This document shows, piece after piece, positions 1 through 10,150 of a DNA stretch of 64,000 bases. Each line of letters begins with the position of its first letter. The stretch's first letter is position 1. The notes beneath the pieces are model-generated. The model worked only from the letters and a program-made list of their open reading frames with translations. It had not been told where the DNA came from and searched no databases. The translations under genes and the position numbers were made by a program. The DNA lies in contig WOZJ01000050.1 of assembly GCA_011620345.1 (NCBI GenBank), forward strand, positions 151,976-215,975, in the 5' to 3' direction. The stretch is from Nitrospirota bacterium. GTDB taxonomy: Bacteria; UBA2233.

Positions 1-252
1 CTTCAAGATATGGACGAGGCGTTGGCCCTAGCCTTAAGCTCCGTTGGGGTTGAAACACTCGATGATCTCTCCAAGATGGGTGAAAACCAATTTGAGAAGC
101 TACCCCCGGATGTGGATCGGGGACTTGCATCTACGCTTAAGCGTCGGGCAAAAGAGCTCTTATCTCCTGCATCGTTCAGGTCGGCAACAAAAGAAAATCA
201 AGAAACGGAAAGTCTAGCCCAAGTTACGGAAGGGGCTGGCGCAAACGGGTAA
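1..252 (+). CDS. nusA: C-terminal fragment of transcription factor NusA (gene starts upstream of window)
   Basis: Open frame runs in from the window edge (ORF 10..252 is the in-window part). The acidic helix-hairpin-helix-like C-terminal sequence sits immediately upstream of infB, as in the conserved nusA-infB operon. Confidence 0.45.
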   Translation, partial: LQDMDEALALALSSVGVETLDDLSKMGENQFEKLPPDVDRGLASTLKRRAKELLSPASFRSATKENQETESLAQVTEGAGANG

Positions 253-260
253 AGGTCTCT

Positions 261-2828
261 ATGGCAAAGTCTAGGCTCTATGAGTTCGCGAAGGCCCTTG
301 GGTTAGAGAGTAAAGAGGTCATTGCAATTGCCTCGGCGTGTGGGCTTGAGCGACGAATATCCCCCTCCTCTACGCTTGACGAGGAAGAAAAAGCGAAAAT
401 TCTGTCTTTTATCCAAGACCGAAGAGCGCCGAAGCAAGCAGAGCGTGCTTCATCCGTGGTGATTCGTAAGGCAAGGGAAACGAAACCGCCCGAGGTTATT
501 ATCGAAGGGCCCAACGGGGAGTCTTCTTCTGAAGAATCCCGGCCGGCCCCTAAAGAGGCCACCCCTCAGAGCACGTCGTTACCTGAAGATAAGGATGCCG
601 GCGTTTGGGCCTCAAAGGAGGCAGAACCAAGCTTGGAGTTGGAGCCTAGCCCAACCGTTGAAGGCGAAGAGGCTGCGCCCAATGAGGCCTTGGTCAAAGA
701 AGATCTCTCCATCCATATTACTGTCCCTCAAGAACCCGAGCCTGAAAGTCAGACAAAGCAGGTCATGGAAGAGCCCAAGGAGGCGGAGGTTTCCGAACCG
801 GAAAAGCCGGTAAAGGAAGAAGAGAAGAAGAAGGAGAAGTGGGTTGACCTTAAGAAGGAGGCACCCAAAGATCATCCCGGAAAAGCCAAGAAACGCGTAA
901 GGGAAGTAAAAGAAAAAGACGACGTTCAGTTAATCCTTGAAAAACCTCTTGAAGATGAGGCGGTAGGAGAGGTCAAGCCCGCGGAGATCCTCCCAAGTCC
1001 AAAACCTATAAAAAGGGCAAAGATTGACGAGGCAAGGAGGCGCCCTTCAAGCCTTCCTCCGTCCGCCCAGAAGAGGGTCGTTCGAATGGAAGGCACGCTT
1101 ACAGTAGGAGAAATGGCCAAACAAATGGGGGTCAAGGCCTCCGAGTTGATTCGCAAGCTGATTGAGCTAGGAGTTATGGCAAACGTGAATCAAGCCTTGG
1201 ATCCGGATACGGCTCAGCTCATTGCGGGCGAGTTTCGATACAGCGTGGAAAACCACGAAGCGCGGTTTGACGATGCCGTTATCCTGGAAAATATTCGCCA
1301 TAAAGAAGCCAAAGAGCTTCTACGCCCCCCCGTTGTGACGATCATGGGGCACGTGGATCATGGAAAGACGACATTGCTCGACGCTATCCGTAAAAGTAGG
1401 GTCGCCGAAACGGAAGCTGGCGGAATTACGCAGCATATTGGTGCTTATACCGTTGACACGAGGGGGGGGCGGATTACGTTCCTGGATACCCCTGGCCACG
1501 AGGCCTTTACAGCGATGAGGGCCCGTGGGGCCAGGGTCACGGATATTGCCGTGCTTGTCGTGGCTGCGGATGATGGGATCATGCCCCAGACGATAGAAGC
1601 CATCAACCACGCAAAGGCAGCTAAGGTACCGATTATTGTCGCGATCAATAAGGTCGACAAGGCGAATGCGAACCCTGACCGGGTTAAGCAAAGCTTAACC
1701 GATTATGGGCTCGTTCCAGACGATTGGGGCGGAAATACGGTAGTTGTCCCTCTTTCGGCCAAAACAGGCGAGGGGTTGGATGGGCTTTTAGAGTTGCTTC
1801 TCCTTCAGACCGAATTGCTCGAATTAAAAGCTCGCTACGAGGGGCCTGCGGTGGGTGTCGTCATCGAATCCAAAATGGACCCGAAACGAGGGTCTATCGC
1901 GACAGTACTCGTGCAAGAGGGTACGCTTAAGGTAGGAAATTACGTTGTTGCAGGGGCGACTTTTGGCAAGGTGCGTGCGCTCCTTTCGGACAAGGGACAA
2001 AGGATAAGCGAAGCTACTCCATCTGTTCCCGTCGAGATCCTTGGGCTGCCACAGGTGCCCCAAGCCGGAGAATTTATTTTTGTCATGCCGGACGAGCGCG
2101 AGGCTAGGCGAATTGCTGGAAAGCGGCTCGACTACCAAAAGGCGCAGGAGTTTTCCGCCGTTTCGAAGAAAGTCACGCTAGAAGACCTCTACGAAAAGAT
2201 CCAGAAAGGGGAGATAGAAGAGCTTAACCTCGTCTTAAAGGCAGATACGGATGGAGCTGTCGAGGCGCTTAAGAAGAGCCTTACGCCTATCTCACACGAG
2301 AAGGTCCAGCTCAACCTCGTCCATGCAGCCGTAGGAAACATCTCCGAATCGGACGTGATGTTGGCCTCTGCTTCGAATGCGCTAGTTATAGGGTTTAACG
2401 TGAAACCCGAAAAGAAGGTTCTCGACCTTGCCCAGAGGGAGAAGGTAAGCGTCCGCGTGTACAGCATCATCTACGAGCTACTCGAGGACTTAAGGCAGGC
2501 AGTCGTGGGCAAGCTTAAGCCCGAGATCAAAGAGGTGATACTAGGTCAGGCGGAGATTCGGCAGGTCTTTCGTGTCACGAAGATGGGCAACGTGGCCGGA
2601 TCGTACGTGACAAAAGGGAAGCTTCTTCGAAGCGCCATGGCAAGACTCATTAGGGAAGGGACTATCGTTGCTGAGGGCAAGATCGGTTCCCTTAAGCGCT
2701 TCAAGGAGGATGTACGAGAAGTTGCCCAAGGCTACGATTGCGGCGTGAGCCTAGAGGGATTTGATGATTATAAGGAAGGCGATGTTATCGAGGCCTATGC
2801 ACTCGAAGAGCAGGCGGTAACGGCTTAA
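261..2828 (+). CDS. infB: translation initiation factor IF-2
   Basis: 855 aa. Low-complexity E/P/K-rich N-terminal region, GTPase G-domain motifs GHVDHGKT and DTPGH, NKVD. Confidence 0.95.
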   Translation: MAKSRLYEFAKALGLESKEVIAIASACGLERRISPSSTLDEEEKAKILSFIQDRRAPKQAERASSVVIRKARETKPPEVIIEGPNGESSSEESRPAPKEATPQSTSLPEDKDAGVWASKEAEPSLELEPSPTVEGEEAAPNEALVKEDLSIHITVPQEPEPESQTKQVMEEPKEAEVSEPEKPVKEEEKKKEKWVDLKKEAPKDHPGKAKKRVREVKEKDDVQLILEKPLEDEAVGEVKPAEILPSPKPIKRAKIDEARRRPSSLPPSAQKRVVRMEGTLTVGEMAKQMGVKASELIRKLIELGVMANVNQALDPDTAQLIAGEFRYSVENHEARFDDAVILENIRHKEAKELLRPPVVTIMGHVDHGKTTLLDAIRKSRVAETEAGGITQHIGAYTVDTRGGRITFLDTPGHEAFTAMRARGARVTDIAVLVVAADDGIMPQTIEAINHAKAAKVPIIVAINKVDKANANPDRVKQSLTDYGLVPDDWGGNTVVVPLSAKTGEGLDGLLELLLLQTELLELKARYEGPAVGVVIESKMDPKRGSIATVLVQEGTLKVGNYVVAGATFGKVRALLSDKGQRISEATPSVPVEILGLPQVPQAGEFIFVMPDEREARRIAGKRLDYQKAQEFSAVSKKVTLEDLYEKIQKGEIEELNLVLKADTDGAVEALKKSLTPISHEKVQLNLVHAAVGNISESDVMLASASNALVIGFNVKPEKKVLDLAQREKVSVRVYSIIYELLEDLRQAVVGKLKPEIKEVILGQAEIRQVFRVTKMGNVAGSYVTKGKLLRSAMARLIREGTIVAEGKIGSLKRFKEDVREVAQGYDCGVSLEGFDDYKEGDVIEAYALEEQAVTA

Positions 2829-2832
2829 GGCC

Positions 2833-3165
2833 ATGGTCGTCGTTGTTTGTAGGGCCAGGTTCCTTATCCCCTACAAGCCGTCCTTAAAAGACAAGCGCAG
2901 CTTCGCCCAAGCTATTGTCGCAAGGCTTAAGAGCCGTTACAACTTGGCTGTCTCTGAGGTGGATGAACTCGACAATCACGAAGTGCTGACTCTTGGGTTC
3001 TCTGCAGTAGGCCGGGAGGTTCGCGCGCTTCAAAGGGTTCTCCAAGGGGGAGTCTCCTATATCGAGAGTCAATTCGGAATAGAGTGCCTGGAAGACAGGC
3101 AAGAAATTCTGACATACTCCCAAAACACTCCGTTTTCGACGGGGTGGGAAGAAAAATACTCCTAA
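2833..3165 (+). CDS. DUF503 family protein (YlxP-like) between infB and rbfA
   Basis: 110 aa ORF. Size and conserved position match the DUF503/YlxP gene found between infB and rbfA in many bacteria. Confidence 0.6.
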   Translation: MVVVVCRARFLIPYKPSLKDKRSFAQAIVARLKSRYNLAVSEVDELDNHEVLTLGFSAVGREVRALQRVLQGGVSYIESQFGIECLEDRQEILTYSQNTPFSTGWEEKYS

Positions 3166-3175
3166 GGGGATTGGG

Positions 3176-3517
3176 ATGCATCGAGCCCAACGCGTATCTT
3201 CACTCTTGAAAGAGGAGGTCTCTTGGATTATCGAGCGTGAGCTGAAAGATCCAGAGGTCAGCATGGTAACGATTGTAGAAGTAGAGCTCAGTAAAGACTT
3301 CCGGCTGGCACGCGTTTACTTTAGCTCCCTGGCTTCAGATGAACAGGCTACAGCCGAGCTTAAGGCGCTTAACAAGGCAAGCCCATTCATCCGAAAGCTT
3401 CTTTACAGGCGTCTAGATTTAAAGATTATTCCCGAACTCAGCTTCGAAAGGGACACGGCTTTTGAGTACGCTCGAAGGATTGAAGCGCTTCTTGCCAGAA
3501 TACATGAGAATCAGTAA
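3176..3517 (+). CDS. rbfA: ribosome-binding factor A
   Basis: 113 aa. Typical RbfA N-terminus (RVSSLLKEEVSWII...) and position after infB. Confidence 0.9.
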   Translation: MHRAQRVSSLLKEEVSWIIERELKDPEVSMVTIVEVELSKDFRLARVYFSSLASDEQATAELKALNKASPFIRKLLYRRLDLKIIPELSFERDTAFEYARRIEALLARIHENQ

Positions 3518-4493
3518 CTTTGAAGCCGAGATGGGAGCGATAGCTCTTGCCTTTTCCAAGGCGGAGCGTGCGCTTATAACGTCTCACGTTTCTCCCGAGG
3601 CGGATAACGTAGGCTCGTGTCTTGCAATTGCGCACACGTTTCGCGCCCTCGGAAAGAATGCAAAGGTGTGGCTTAGGGACGGAGTTCCAGACTATCTGAA
3701 GTTCCTTCCTGGTGCTGAGGATGTTTCTTCTGGCCCGTTTGCGCTCGAATATCCATACGACCTTCTGATTGTTGTAGACTGCGGGGACTTTGAACGCATT
3801 GGAGAGGCCAAGGAAAGGCCGCAAAAGGGTGCTTCGTGCGTTGTGAATATCGACCACCACGCAACCAATACTCGCTTTGGTGATATCAATTGGATCGACC
3901 CAGAAGCAGCGGCAACGGGCGAGATGGTATATTTGTTGCTTCGAAGGCTCTGCTTTGAAGCTTCTCCAGAGGTAGCCAGTTGCCTATTGGCCGCAATCAG
4001 CGCAGACACCGGGTCGTTTAAGTACAGCAACACTACAGCCCGTACGTTTTTTATTGCCTCGGAGCTCGTTCGGATGGGCGCCAAACCAGAAAAAGTGGGC
4101 ATGGCGCTGCACAGCCACTATCCTAAGGAAAAGATTTTTCTAATGGGCAAGGTATTCGCTACGCTTGAGCTGTTTGGTAAAGAAAAAATATCAACAATCT
4201 CTGTATTTCAAGAAATGCTCAAGAGTTGTGGCGCAAAACAGGAGCATACCGAAGGGTTTGTAGAGATACTCCGCGGAATCCCTGGAGTAGAGGTTGCCTG
4301 CCTTTTTCGTGAGCTTGGGCCTAACAGAACCAAAGTATCGCTACGCTCAAACGGCACACTGGATGTGGCCTCCGTATGCGGTGCCTTTGGAGGTGGAGGA
4401 CATAAGATGGCCGCTGGAGCCGTTTTCGATGGCCCCCTGCAGGAAGCCAAGGAACGCGTCGTTCATCGTCTCCTTCAAGACATTTGCGTATAG
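3504..4493 (+). CDS. nrnA: DHH/DHHA1 phosphoesterase (NrnA-like bifunctional oligoribonuclease/pAp phosphatase)
   Basis: DHH motif (NIDHHATN) and DHHA1 GGGGH motif are present. The start is uncertain: the ORF opens at 3462 and overlaps rbfA, and internal ATGs at 3504 and 3531 are candidates. Confidence 0.75.
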   Translation: MRISNFEAEMGAIALAFSKAERALITSHVSPEADNVGSCLAIAHTFRALGKNAKVWLRDGVPDYLKFLPGAEDVSSGPFALEYPYDLLIVVDCGDFERIGEAKERPQKGASCVVNIDHHATNTRFGDINWIDPEAAATGEMVYLLLRRLCFEASPEVASCLLAAISADTGSFKYSNTTARTFFIASELVRMGAKPEKVGMALHSHYPKEKIFLMGKVFATLELFGKEKISTISVFQEMLKSCGAKQEHTEGFVEILRGIPGVEVACLFRELGPNRTKVSLRSNGTLDVASVCGAFGGGGHKMAAGAVFDGPLQEAKERVVHRLLQDICV

Positions 4494-4498
4494 CCGCT

Positions 4499-5449
4499 AT
4501 GAATGGTGTTCTTGTAGTAGACAAGCCTGAAGGCGTTACGTCGTTTGATGTCTTGAATCGTGTCAAGAGAATGGTCGGAGCCAAAAAGGCCGGACATACA
4601 GGCATCCTTGATGCGTTTGCGGGTGGTGTCCTTCCTGTTTTTTTTGAGGAAGCCACAAAGCTCATTCCTTACATCCAAGACGGGAGCAGGACATACGAAG
4701 CTCTGGTAACCTTGGGTGTCGAAACGGACACCCTTGACCAAAAAGGCGACATTTTGGCTCATGCAGATGTTCCTGCTGTCGATAAAAGGTCCATCGAAGA
4801 GGTTTTGCGCTCGTTTTGCGGAGAAACATGGCAGGTTCCGCCCAAGTTTTGCGCAAAAAAAATTCACGGCAAGCGCGCTTCAGACTTGGCTCGCAAGGGC
4901 GTGGAGGTAGAGCTGAACCCCGTAAAAGTTTTTATCCGGGCCATTGAACTTTTGGACGTATCGCTGCCGAACCTCACGATCCGCGTCTATTGCCACAAGG
5001 GGACTTATATTCGGAGCCTTGCGAGGGATATAGGCCGCAAGATTGGAACCTTGGCCATGCTTAAGTCTCTTGTGCGAACCCAGTGTGGCCCTTTTGTCCT
5101 ATCCGAAGCGGCCTCGCCGAGCGCGATGGGGTTGGAAGGGTCGAGCGCACTCCAGGGTCGTGTCCTGCCTATCGAAACGTTCGCTCGCAGGCTTTTTCCG
5201 GATGTTATGGTAACGCCCCGGGGCGCAAGAAGATTTTTTCAAGGAGAGCGGGTTGCGTTTGAAGATGTGGATTTAAGCAACCTCGACGGTGTTAGGGTGG
5301 AAAAAGAGGGGATGGTAAGCGTCTTTGAGAGCCATCACCGGCTTCGGCTGATCGGAGTTGGCCAGGCCGTCGTTCCGCTCGAACGAAATGCCCGCCTATG
5401 GCCTGGCTTGGGAGTGCTCCAGCCCTCCCGTGTTATTTTTATGTCTTGA
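4499..5449 (+). CDS. truB: tRNA pseudouridine(55) synthase
   Basis: TruB N-terminal motif ([23 protein letters not shown]). Start chosen at the internal ATG 4499, immediately after the nrnA stop. Confidence 0.9.
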   Translation: MNGVLVVDKPEGVTSFDVLNRVKRMVGAKKAGHTGILDAFAGGVLPVFFEEATKLIPYIQDGSRTYEALVTLGVETDTLDQKGDILAHADVPAVDKRSIEEVLRSFCGETWQVPPKFCAKKIHGKRASDLARKGVEVELNPVKVFIRAIELLDVSLPNLTIRVYCHKGTYIRSLARDIGRKIGTLAMLKSLVRTQCGPFVLSEAASPSAMGLEGSSALQGRVLPIETFARRLFPDVMVTPRGARRFFQGERVAFEDVDLSNLDGVRVEKEGMVSVFESHHRLRLIGVGQAVVPLERNARLWPGLGVLQPSRVIFMS

Positions 5450-5484
5450 TCGATATATGGAATGCAACAAAAAGGAGGGTTTGT

Positions 5485-5754
5485 ATGGAAAAGCGTAGCG
5501 TTGATGTAGCCGGGTTAATCCGGTCGTTTGGCCTGCATGAACGGGATACGGGCTCTCCCGAGGTTCAAGTCGCGATTCTTTCAAAGCGGATTGGATCGCT
5601 AAGCGGGCATTTTAAGCTCCACAAGAAGGATAACCACTCCAAGGTCGGGCTCTTTCGGATGGTTTCCAGGCGGAAAGGGCTGCTCGATTACCTGAAGAGA
5701 AAGAGTCCGGAGCGTTACCAAAGGCTGATTGAGGCGCTAGGGTTGCGGAGATAG
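5485..5754 (+). CDS. rpsO: 30S ribosomal protein S15
   Basis: 89 aa from ATG 5485, preceded by AAGGAGG. S15-like sequence. The longer ORF opening at 5398 lacks an RBS. Confidence 0.9.
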   Translation: MEKRSVDVAGLIRSFGLHERDTGSPEVQVAILSKRIGSLSGHFKLHKKDNHSKVGLFRMVSRRKGLLDYLKRKSPERYQRLIEALGLRR

Positions 5755-5788
5755 CAATATAAAGGACAATCGGAGATTAATAAGAAGC

Positions 5789-7900
5789 ATGGAACGAATC
5801 GTTGTAAGCACGAATTTTGGAGATGCTCCGCTATCGCTTGAGCTAGGCGGTGTAGCACGCCAGGCCTCTGGAGCTTGTTTGGCCCGCCATGGAGACAGCG
5901 TAGTCTTGGCCACTTGTTGTGTGGCCCAGGAGCCAAGAGAAGGCGGAGACTTTATCCCCTTAACCGTTGATTACGTCCAGATGACGTATGCGGCAGGAAA
6001 GATCCCAGGGGGGTTTTTTAAGAGAGAAGGGAGGCCCACAGAGCGGGAGGTTCTTTCTTCTAGATTTATTGACCGCTCGATCCGACCGCTTATTCCCAAA
6101 GGGTTCAACCGAGATATTCAGATTATCGTGACGGTTCTTTCTTCAGATTTGGTGCACGACACTGGCGTGCTTGCGATGATCGCCGCGTCATGCGCCGTCC
6201 ATATTTCAGAGGTGCCTTTTACCGGGCCTATCGCAGGGGTACGTGTTGGCTACGACGGGAATACGTTTTCCCTGAACCCTCCCTCTCTCGAGTCTGCCAA
6301 AAACAGCGACGCTGAAGCCAAAGAGAACGGCACTGCCATGGATATGGTGGTGGCTAGTACACAAAACGCCGTCATCATGGTTGAAGGGGGAATGCTCGAG
6401 CTCGAGGAGGAGGCGGTTCTCCAGGGCATATTGTTTGGCTATGAGCAAGGGCGTGGCGTAATCGAGATTCAGGAGGAGGTTAGAAAAAAAGCGGGCAAAC
6501 CAAAACTCGCCTTCGAGCCGCCGGACCTTCCCGAAGAAGTAAAGAATCTGTTGTCCAACGAGGGAACGGCCCTTTTGACAGAGGCCCTATCGATCCCGGA
6601 GAAGAAGGCCAGAAACCAAAGGCTATACGAGGTTCGGGCTCGACTCATGGAGCTGCTCGGCGACGATACCCAAGCAAAAAGGCTTTCTCAGCCTTATCTG
6701 TTCGAGCTCGAGCGCCATATTATGCGCAAGAAGGTCCTTGAGGACGGCATACGGATCGACAACAGAGAACCTAAAGGCATCCGAAACATCACAATCGAGG
6801 TGCCATTCTTGCCCCGTACGCATGGTAGCGCGCTATTTACCCGTGGCGAAACCCAGGCACTTGTGACGGTCACGCTTGGAACCTGGGTAGACGAGCAAAA
6901 GATTGAGCTGCTAGAGGGCGACCAGTATAAGAAATTCATGCTCCATTATAATTTCCCTCCGTTCAGCGTCGGGGAGGTTAAATTTTTAAGGTCTCCCTCA
7001 CGCAGAGAAGTCGGCCATGGTCACCTTGCAGAACGCGCGCTTAGTGGCGTCGTTCCGGGTGATGAACAGTTTCCTTATACGATAAGGGTTGTTTCGGACA
7101 TTTTTGAGTCCAACGGATCGTCCTCGATGGCTACCGTGTGCGGAGCAAGCCTAGCCCTGATGGATGCCGGTGTCCCGATAAGCGCCGCTGTCGCCGGGAT
7201 TGCAATGGGGCTAATCAAGGAAGGAGACGATGTCGTCATCCTCTCGGACATCTTAGGAGACGAGGACCATTTGGGCGATATGGATTTCAAGGTTGCCGGA
7301 ACCCGGAAAGGAATCACGGCCTTTCAAATGGATACCAAGATCAAGGGTGTGGATGCTGAAATCCTAAGAAAAGCCCTATTGCAAGCCAAAGAAGGCCGTC
7401 TGCATATCTTGGGTATCATGGAACATAGCATTCAAGGACCGAGAGAAGAGATTTCACTCTACGCCCCGAGGATTGTTACGCTCCAGATTAAACCCGAGAA
7501 GATTCGCGAAGTTATCGGCCCAGGCGGAAAGATGATCAAGCACATCGTCGACAAGACGAAGGCCAAGATCTTTATCGACGATTCCGGTACCGTAAACATA
7601 GCCTCTGTTGACAAAGAAGCGTGCGATGAGGCCATCCGGATGATCCAGGAGATCGTGAGAGAGCCGGAGGTTGGCCAGGTCTACATGGGGAAGGTTAAGA
7701 GCGTCGTGGATTTTGGCGCGTTTGTCGAGATCATGCCTGGAATTGTGGGGCTTTTGCATATCTCTCAGATCTCGAACGAAAGAGTCCACAACATCCACGA
7801 CAGGCTAAAGGAGGGGGACGAGCTCCTTGTCAAAGTCCTGGAAGTTGATAGGGGAGGGAAAATTCGCCTTTCTCATAAAGAGGCTCAGGAGACACCCTAA
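5789..7900 (+). CDS. pnp: polyribonucleotide nucleotidyltransferase (PNPase)
   Basis: 703 aa. Two RNase PH domains plus KH and S1 domains. Conserved rpsO-pnp order. Confidence 0.95.
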   Translation: MERIVVSTNFGDAPLSLELGGVARQASGACLARHGDSVVLATCCVAQEPREGGDFIPLTVDYVQMTYAAGKIPGGFFKREGRPTEREVLSSRFIDRSIRPLIPKGFNRDIQIIVTVLSSDLVHDTGVLAMIAASCAVHISEVPFTGPIAGVRVGYDGNTFSLNPPSLESAKNSDAEAKENGTAMDMVVASTQNAVIMVEGGMLELEEEAVLQGILFGYEQGRGVIEIQEEVRKKAGKPKLAFEPPDLPEEVKNLLSNEGTALLTEALSIPEKKARNQRLYEVRARLMELLGDDTQAKRLSQPYLFELERHIMRKKVLEDGIRIDNREPKGIRNITIEVPFLPRTHGSALFTRGETQALVTVTLGTWVDEQKIELLEGDQYKKFMLHYNFPPFSVGEVKFLRSPSRREVGHGHLAERALSGVVPGDEQFPYTIRVVSDIFESNGSSSMATVCGASLALMDAGVPISAAVAGIAMGLIKEGDDVVILSDILGDEDHLGDMDFKVAGTRKGITAFQMDTKIKGVDAEILRKALLQAKEGRLHILGIMEHSIQGPREEISLYAPRIVTLQIKPEKIREVIGPGGKMIKHIVDKTKAKIFIDDSGTVNIASVDKEACDEAIRMIQEIVREPEVGQVYMGKVKSVVDFGAFVEIMPGIVGLLHISQISNERVHNIHDRLKEGDELLVKVLEVDRGGKIRLSHKEAQETP

Positions 7901-7933
7901 AATAATCGAGTATAGCGATAAAAGGAGCATGCG

Positions 7934-9050
7934 ATGGTTGCCATTCAAAGCCAAGAGGAGTTAGAAGGCGGGCTTGGCCAGCTTCTTGAGCGAATCCAAG
8001 CGTTAAGGGGGGGTCTTTGAGCTCGAGGCGAAAAAGATTCGCTTGAGCGAGCTAGAAGGCATGCTGGCCCAGCCCGAGACGTTTGAGAATCCTAAAAAGC
8101 TTCAGTTGTTTGGGCGAGAAAAGCGTCAGTTGGAGTTGGAGGTTTCTAGGGTCGAGCGGATCGAAGGTGAACTCAAAAGCGCCCTAGAGTTGCTAGACCT
8201 TGCCAAGGCGGAAGAGGACACCTCTTTGCTGGAGGAGATCAAGCGGCTCGTCCTACCTCTCGAACAAGACTTGGCTGCGTTTGAGATTGAAGTGCTGCTT
8301 GGAGAAGATGACGACAAGCGAAACGCCATCTTGACCGTCCAAGCAGGGTCTGGAGGAACGGATGCCATGGATTTCTGCCAAATGCTCCTTAGGATGTATG
8401 TGCGCTTCTCGGAAGAGGCGGGATTTGAGGCCGAAATCCTGGACTTACAAGAGGCCGAAGAGGCCGGTCTAAAATCGGCCACCTTTCTTGTTGCAGGAGA
8501 AAACGCTTACGGATACCTCAAGACAGAAAGAGGGGTTCACAGGCTGGTTCGGATCTCTCCGTTCGACACGAACAAGAGGCGGCATACTTCGTTCGCTTCG
8601 GTATCCGTTTACCCCGAAATCGAAGACGACATCGCCGTCGAAATTGACGAGAAAGACCTTAGGATCGATACTTTCCGGGCTTCTGGCAAGGGCGGACAGC
8701 ACATCAACAAGACAGATTCGGCCGTTCGCATTACCCATATCCAAACAGGCATCGTCGTTCAATGCCAAAACGAGCGGAGTCAGTTTAAAAACAAGGCGAT
8801 GGCCTTAAAGATTCTTAAATCTAGGCTCTACGATATTCTCAAAAAAGAGCAGGAGGTCAAGCTCTTAAGTTATAGCCAGGGTCAAAAAGAGGCGACCTTC
8901 GGGTCACAAATTCGGTCTTACGTCCTTCAGCCTTATCAGCTCGTAAAGGACCATAGGACGGACTTAGAAACTTCGGACGTCCAAGCCGTGCTCGACGGCC
9001 AGGTTTTTCCCTTCATCAAGAAGGCCCTGCTCGCAAGGGTCGGAGGATAG
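7934..9050 (+). CDS. prfB: peptide chain release factor 2, requires a programmed +1 ribosomal frameshift at CTT TGA (8015..8020)
   Basis: A short frame-0 ORF (ATG 7934, RBS AAAGGAG) ends at the in-frame TGA at 8018..8020. That stop is preceded by SD-like AGGGGGGG and the slippery CTT. The +1 frame from 8019 continues in frame into the ORF reported at 8043..9050, which carries the GGQ motif. Confidence 0.85.
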
Positions 9051-9052
9051 CT

Positions 9053-10150
9053 ATGCCTCGAAAAACCAGACCCGTCCGGCTTGGTCCGTGGATTATAGGC
9101 GCGGGAAACCCAATCCGCGTTCAAAGTATGACCACGACGGACACGAGAGATGCGGAGGCGACGCTTCGTCAAATCGAAGCGCTTGAGCGTGTTGGGTGTG
9201 AGATTGTCCGTGTTGCCGTCCCTGACCAAGAATCTGCCGTCTCGCTAGGGGCAATAAAAAAAAGGGCCAGAATTCCGCTTGTTGCCGATGTCCACTTCGA
9301 TTTCCGTCTTGCGCTCCGGTCGCTAGAAGCAGGGGTGGATGGCCTACGGGTTAACCCTGGCAACATTGGAAAAAAGGCCAATATCGCACTGCTCGCCAAG
9401 GAAGCCAAGGCGCGTGGAGTCCCTATTCGGGTTGGGGTTAACGCGGGCTCCCTAGAAAAAGACCTTTTGACTTCGCTCGGAATGAGTGCGGAAGGAATGG
9501 TCGCATCAGCCAAAAGGAGCGTGGAGCTGCTTGAAGATGTCGGGTTCACCGACATCAAGGTGTCCTTGAAGGCCTACGATGTTCCGACAACTATCCGCGC
9601 TTATCAGATTTTTGCCGCCTCCTTCGATTACCCCCTGCACCTTGGCATTACAGAAGCCGGTACCAAGTTTTCGGGTGCTATCCGGAGCGCCTGCGGCCTG
9701 GCCGTCCTCCTTTGGCATGGAATTGGTGATACGATCAGGGTCTCTTTGGCGAGCGATCCTGTAGAAGAAGTACGGGTAGGGTATAGCATCCTAAGGTCTA
9801 TGGGGCTTCGGTCGAGAGGGGTCGAGGTTGTTGCCTGTCCAACCTGCGGCCGGCTTGAAATCGACGTGGAGGAGCTCGGCAAAGAGGTGGAAGAGGCACT
9901 CGCCTTCGTGGAGCAACCGCTTAAGATTGCCGTGATGGGCTGCATAGTGAACGGCCCGGGAGAAGCAAGAGATGCCGACATTGCCGTTGTCGGAGGAAAA
10001 GACAGCGCGGTTCTCTATATTAAAGGAAAGCCGATGGCGAGGTTGCAGAAGGCGCAAATCCTGGAACGCCTAGTTCAAGAAGCAAAGGCGTTGGTTGAAA
10101 GAGGGAATATTGAAGAGAAGGTTCCAGGGGCTAAGGAGGCTCTTTCATGA
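9053..10150 (+). CDS. ispG: 4-hydroxy-3-methylbut-2-en-1-yl diphosphate synthase (IspG/GcpE)
   Basis: 365 aa, short-form GcpE with C-terminal Cys cluster (CPTCGR). Confidence 0.9.
   Translation: MPRKTRPVRLGPWIIGAGNPIRVQSMTTTDTRDAEATLRQIEALERVGCEIVRVAVPDQESAVSLGAIKKRARIPLVADVHFDFRLALRSLEAGVDGLRVNPGNIGKKANIALLAKEAKARGVPIRVGVNAGSLEKDLLTSLGMSAEGMVASAKRSVELLEDVGFTDIKVSLKAYDVPTTIRAYQIFAASFDYPLHLGITEAGTKFSGAIRSACGLAVLLWHGIGDTIRVSLASDPVEEVRVGYSILRSMGLRSRGVEVVACPTCGRLEIDVEELGKEVEEALAFVEQPLKIAVMGCIVNGPGEARDADIAVVGGKDSAVLYIKGKPMARLQKAQILERLVQEAKALVERGNIEEKVPGAKEALS

Noticed and set aside
3462-3503. Upstream extension of nrnA overlapping rbfA by 56 nt
   Set aside because: A more plausible start exists at 3504 or 3531. 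The long overlap is probably an artefact of taking the first start codon.
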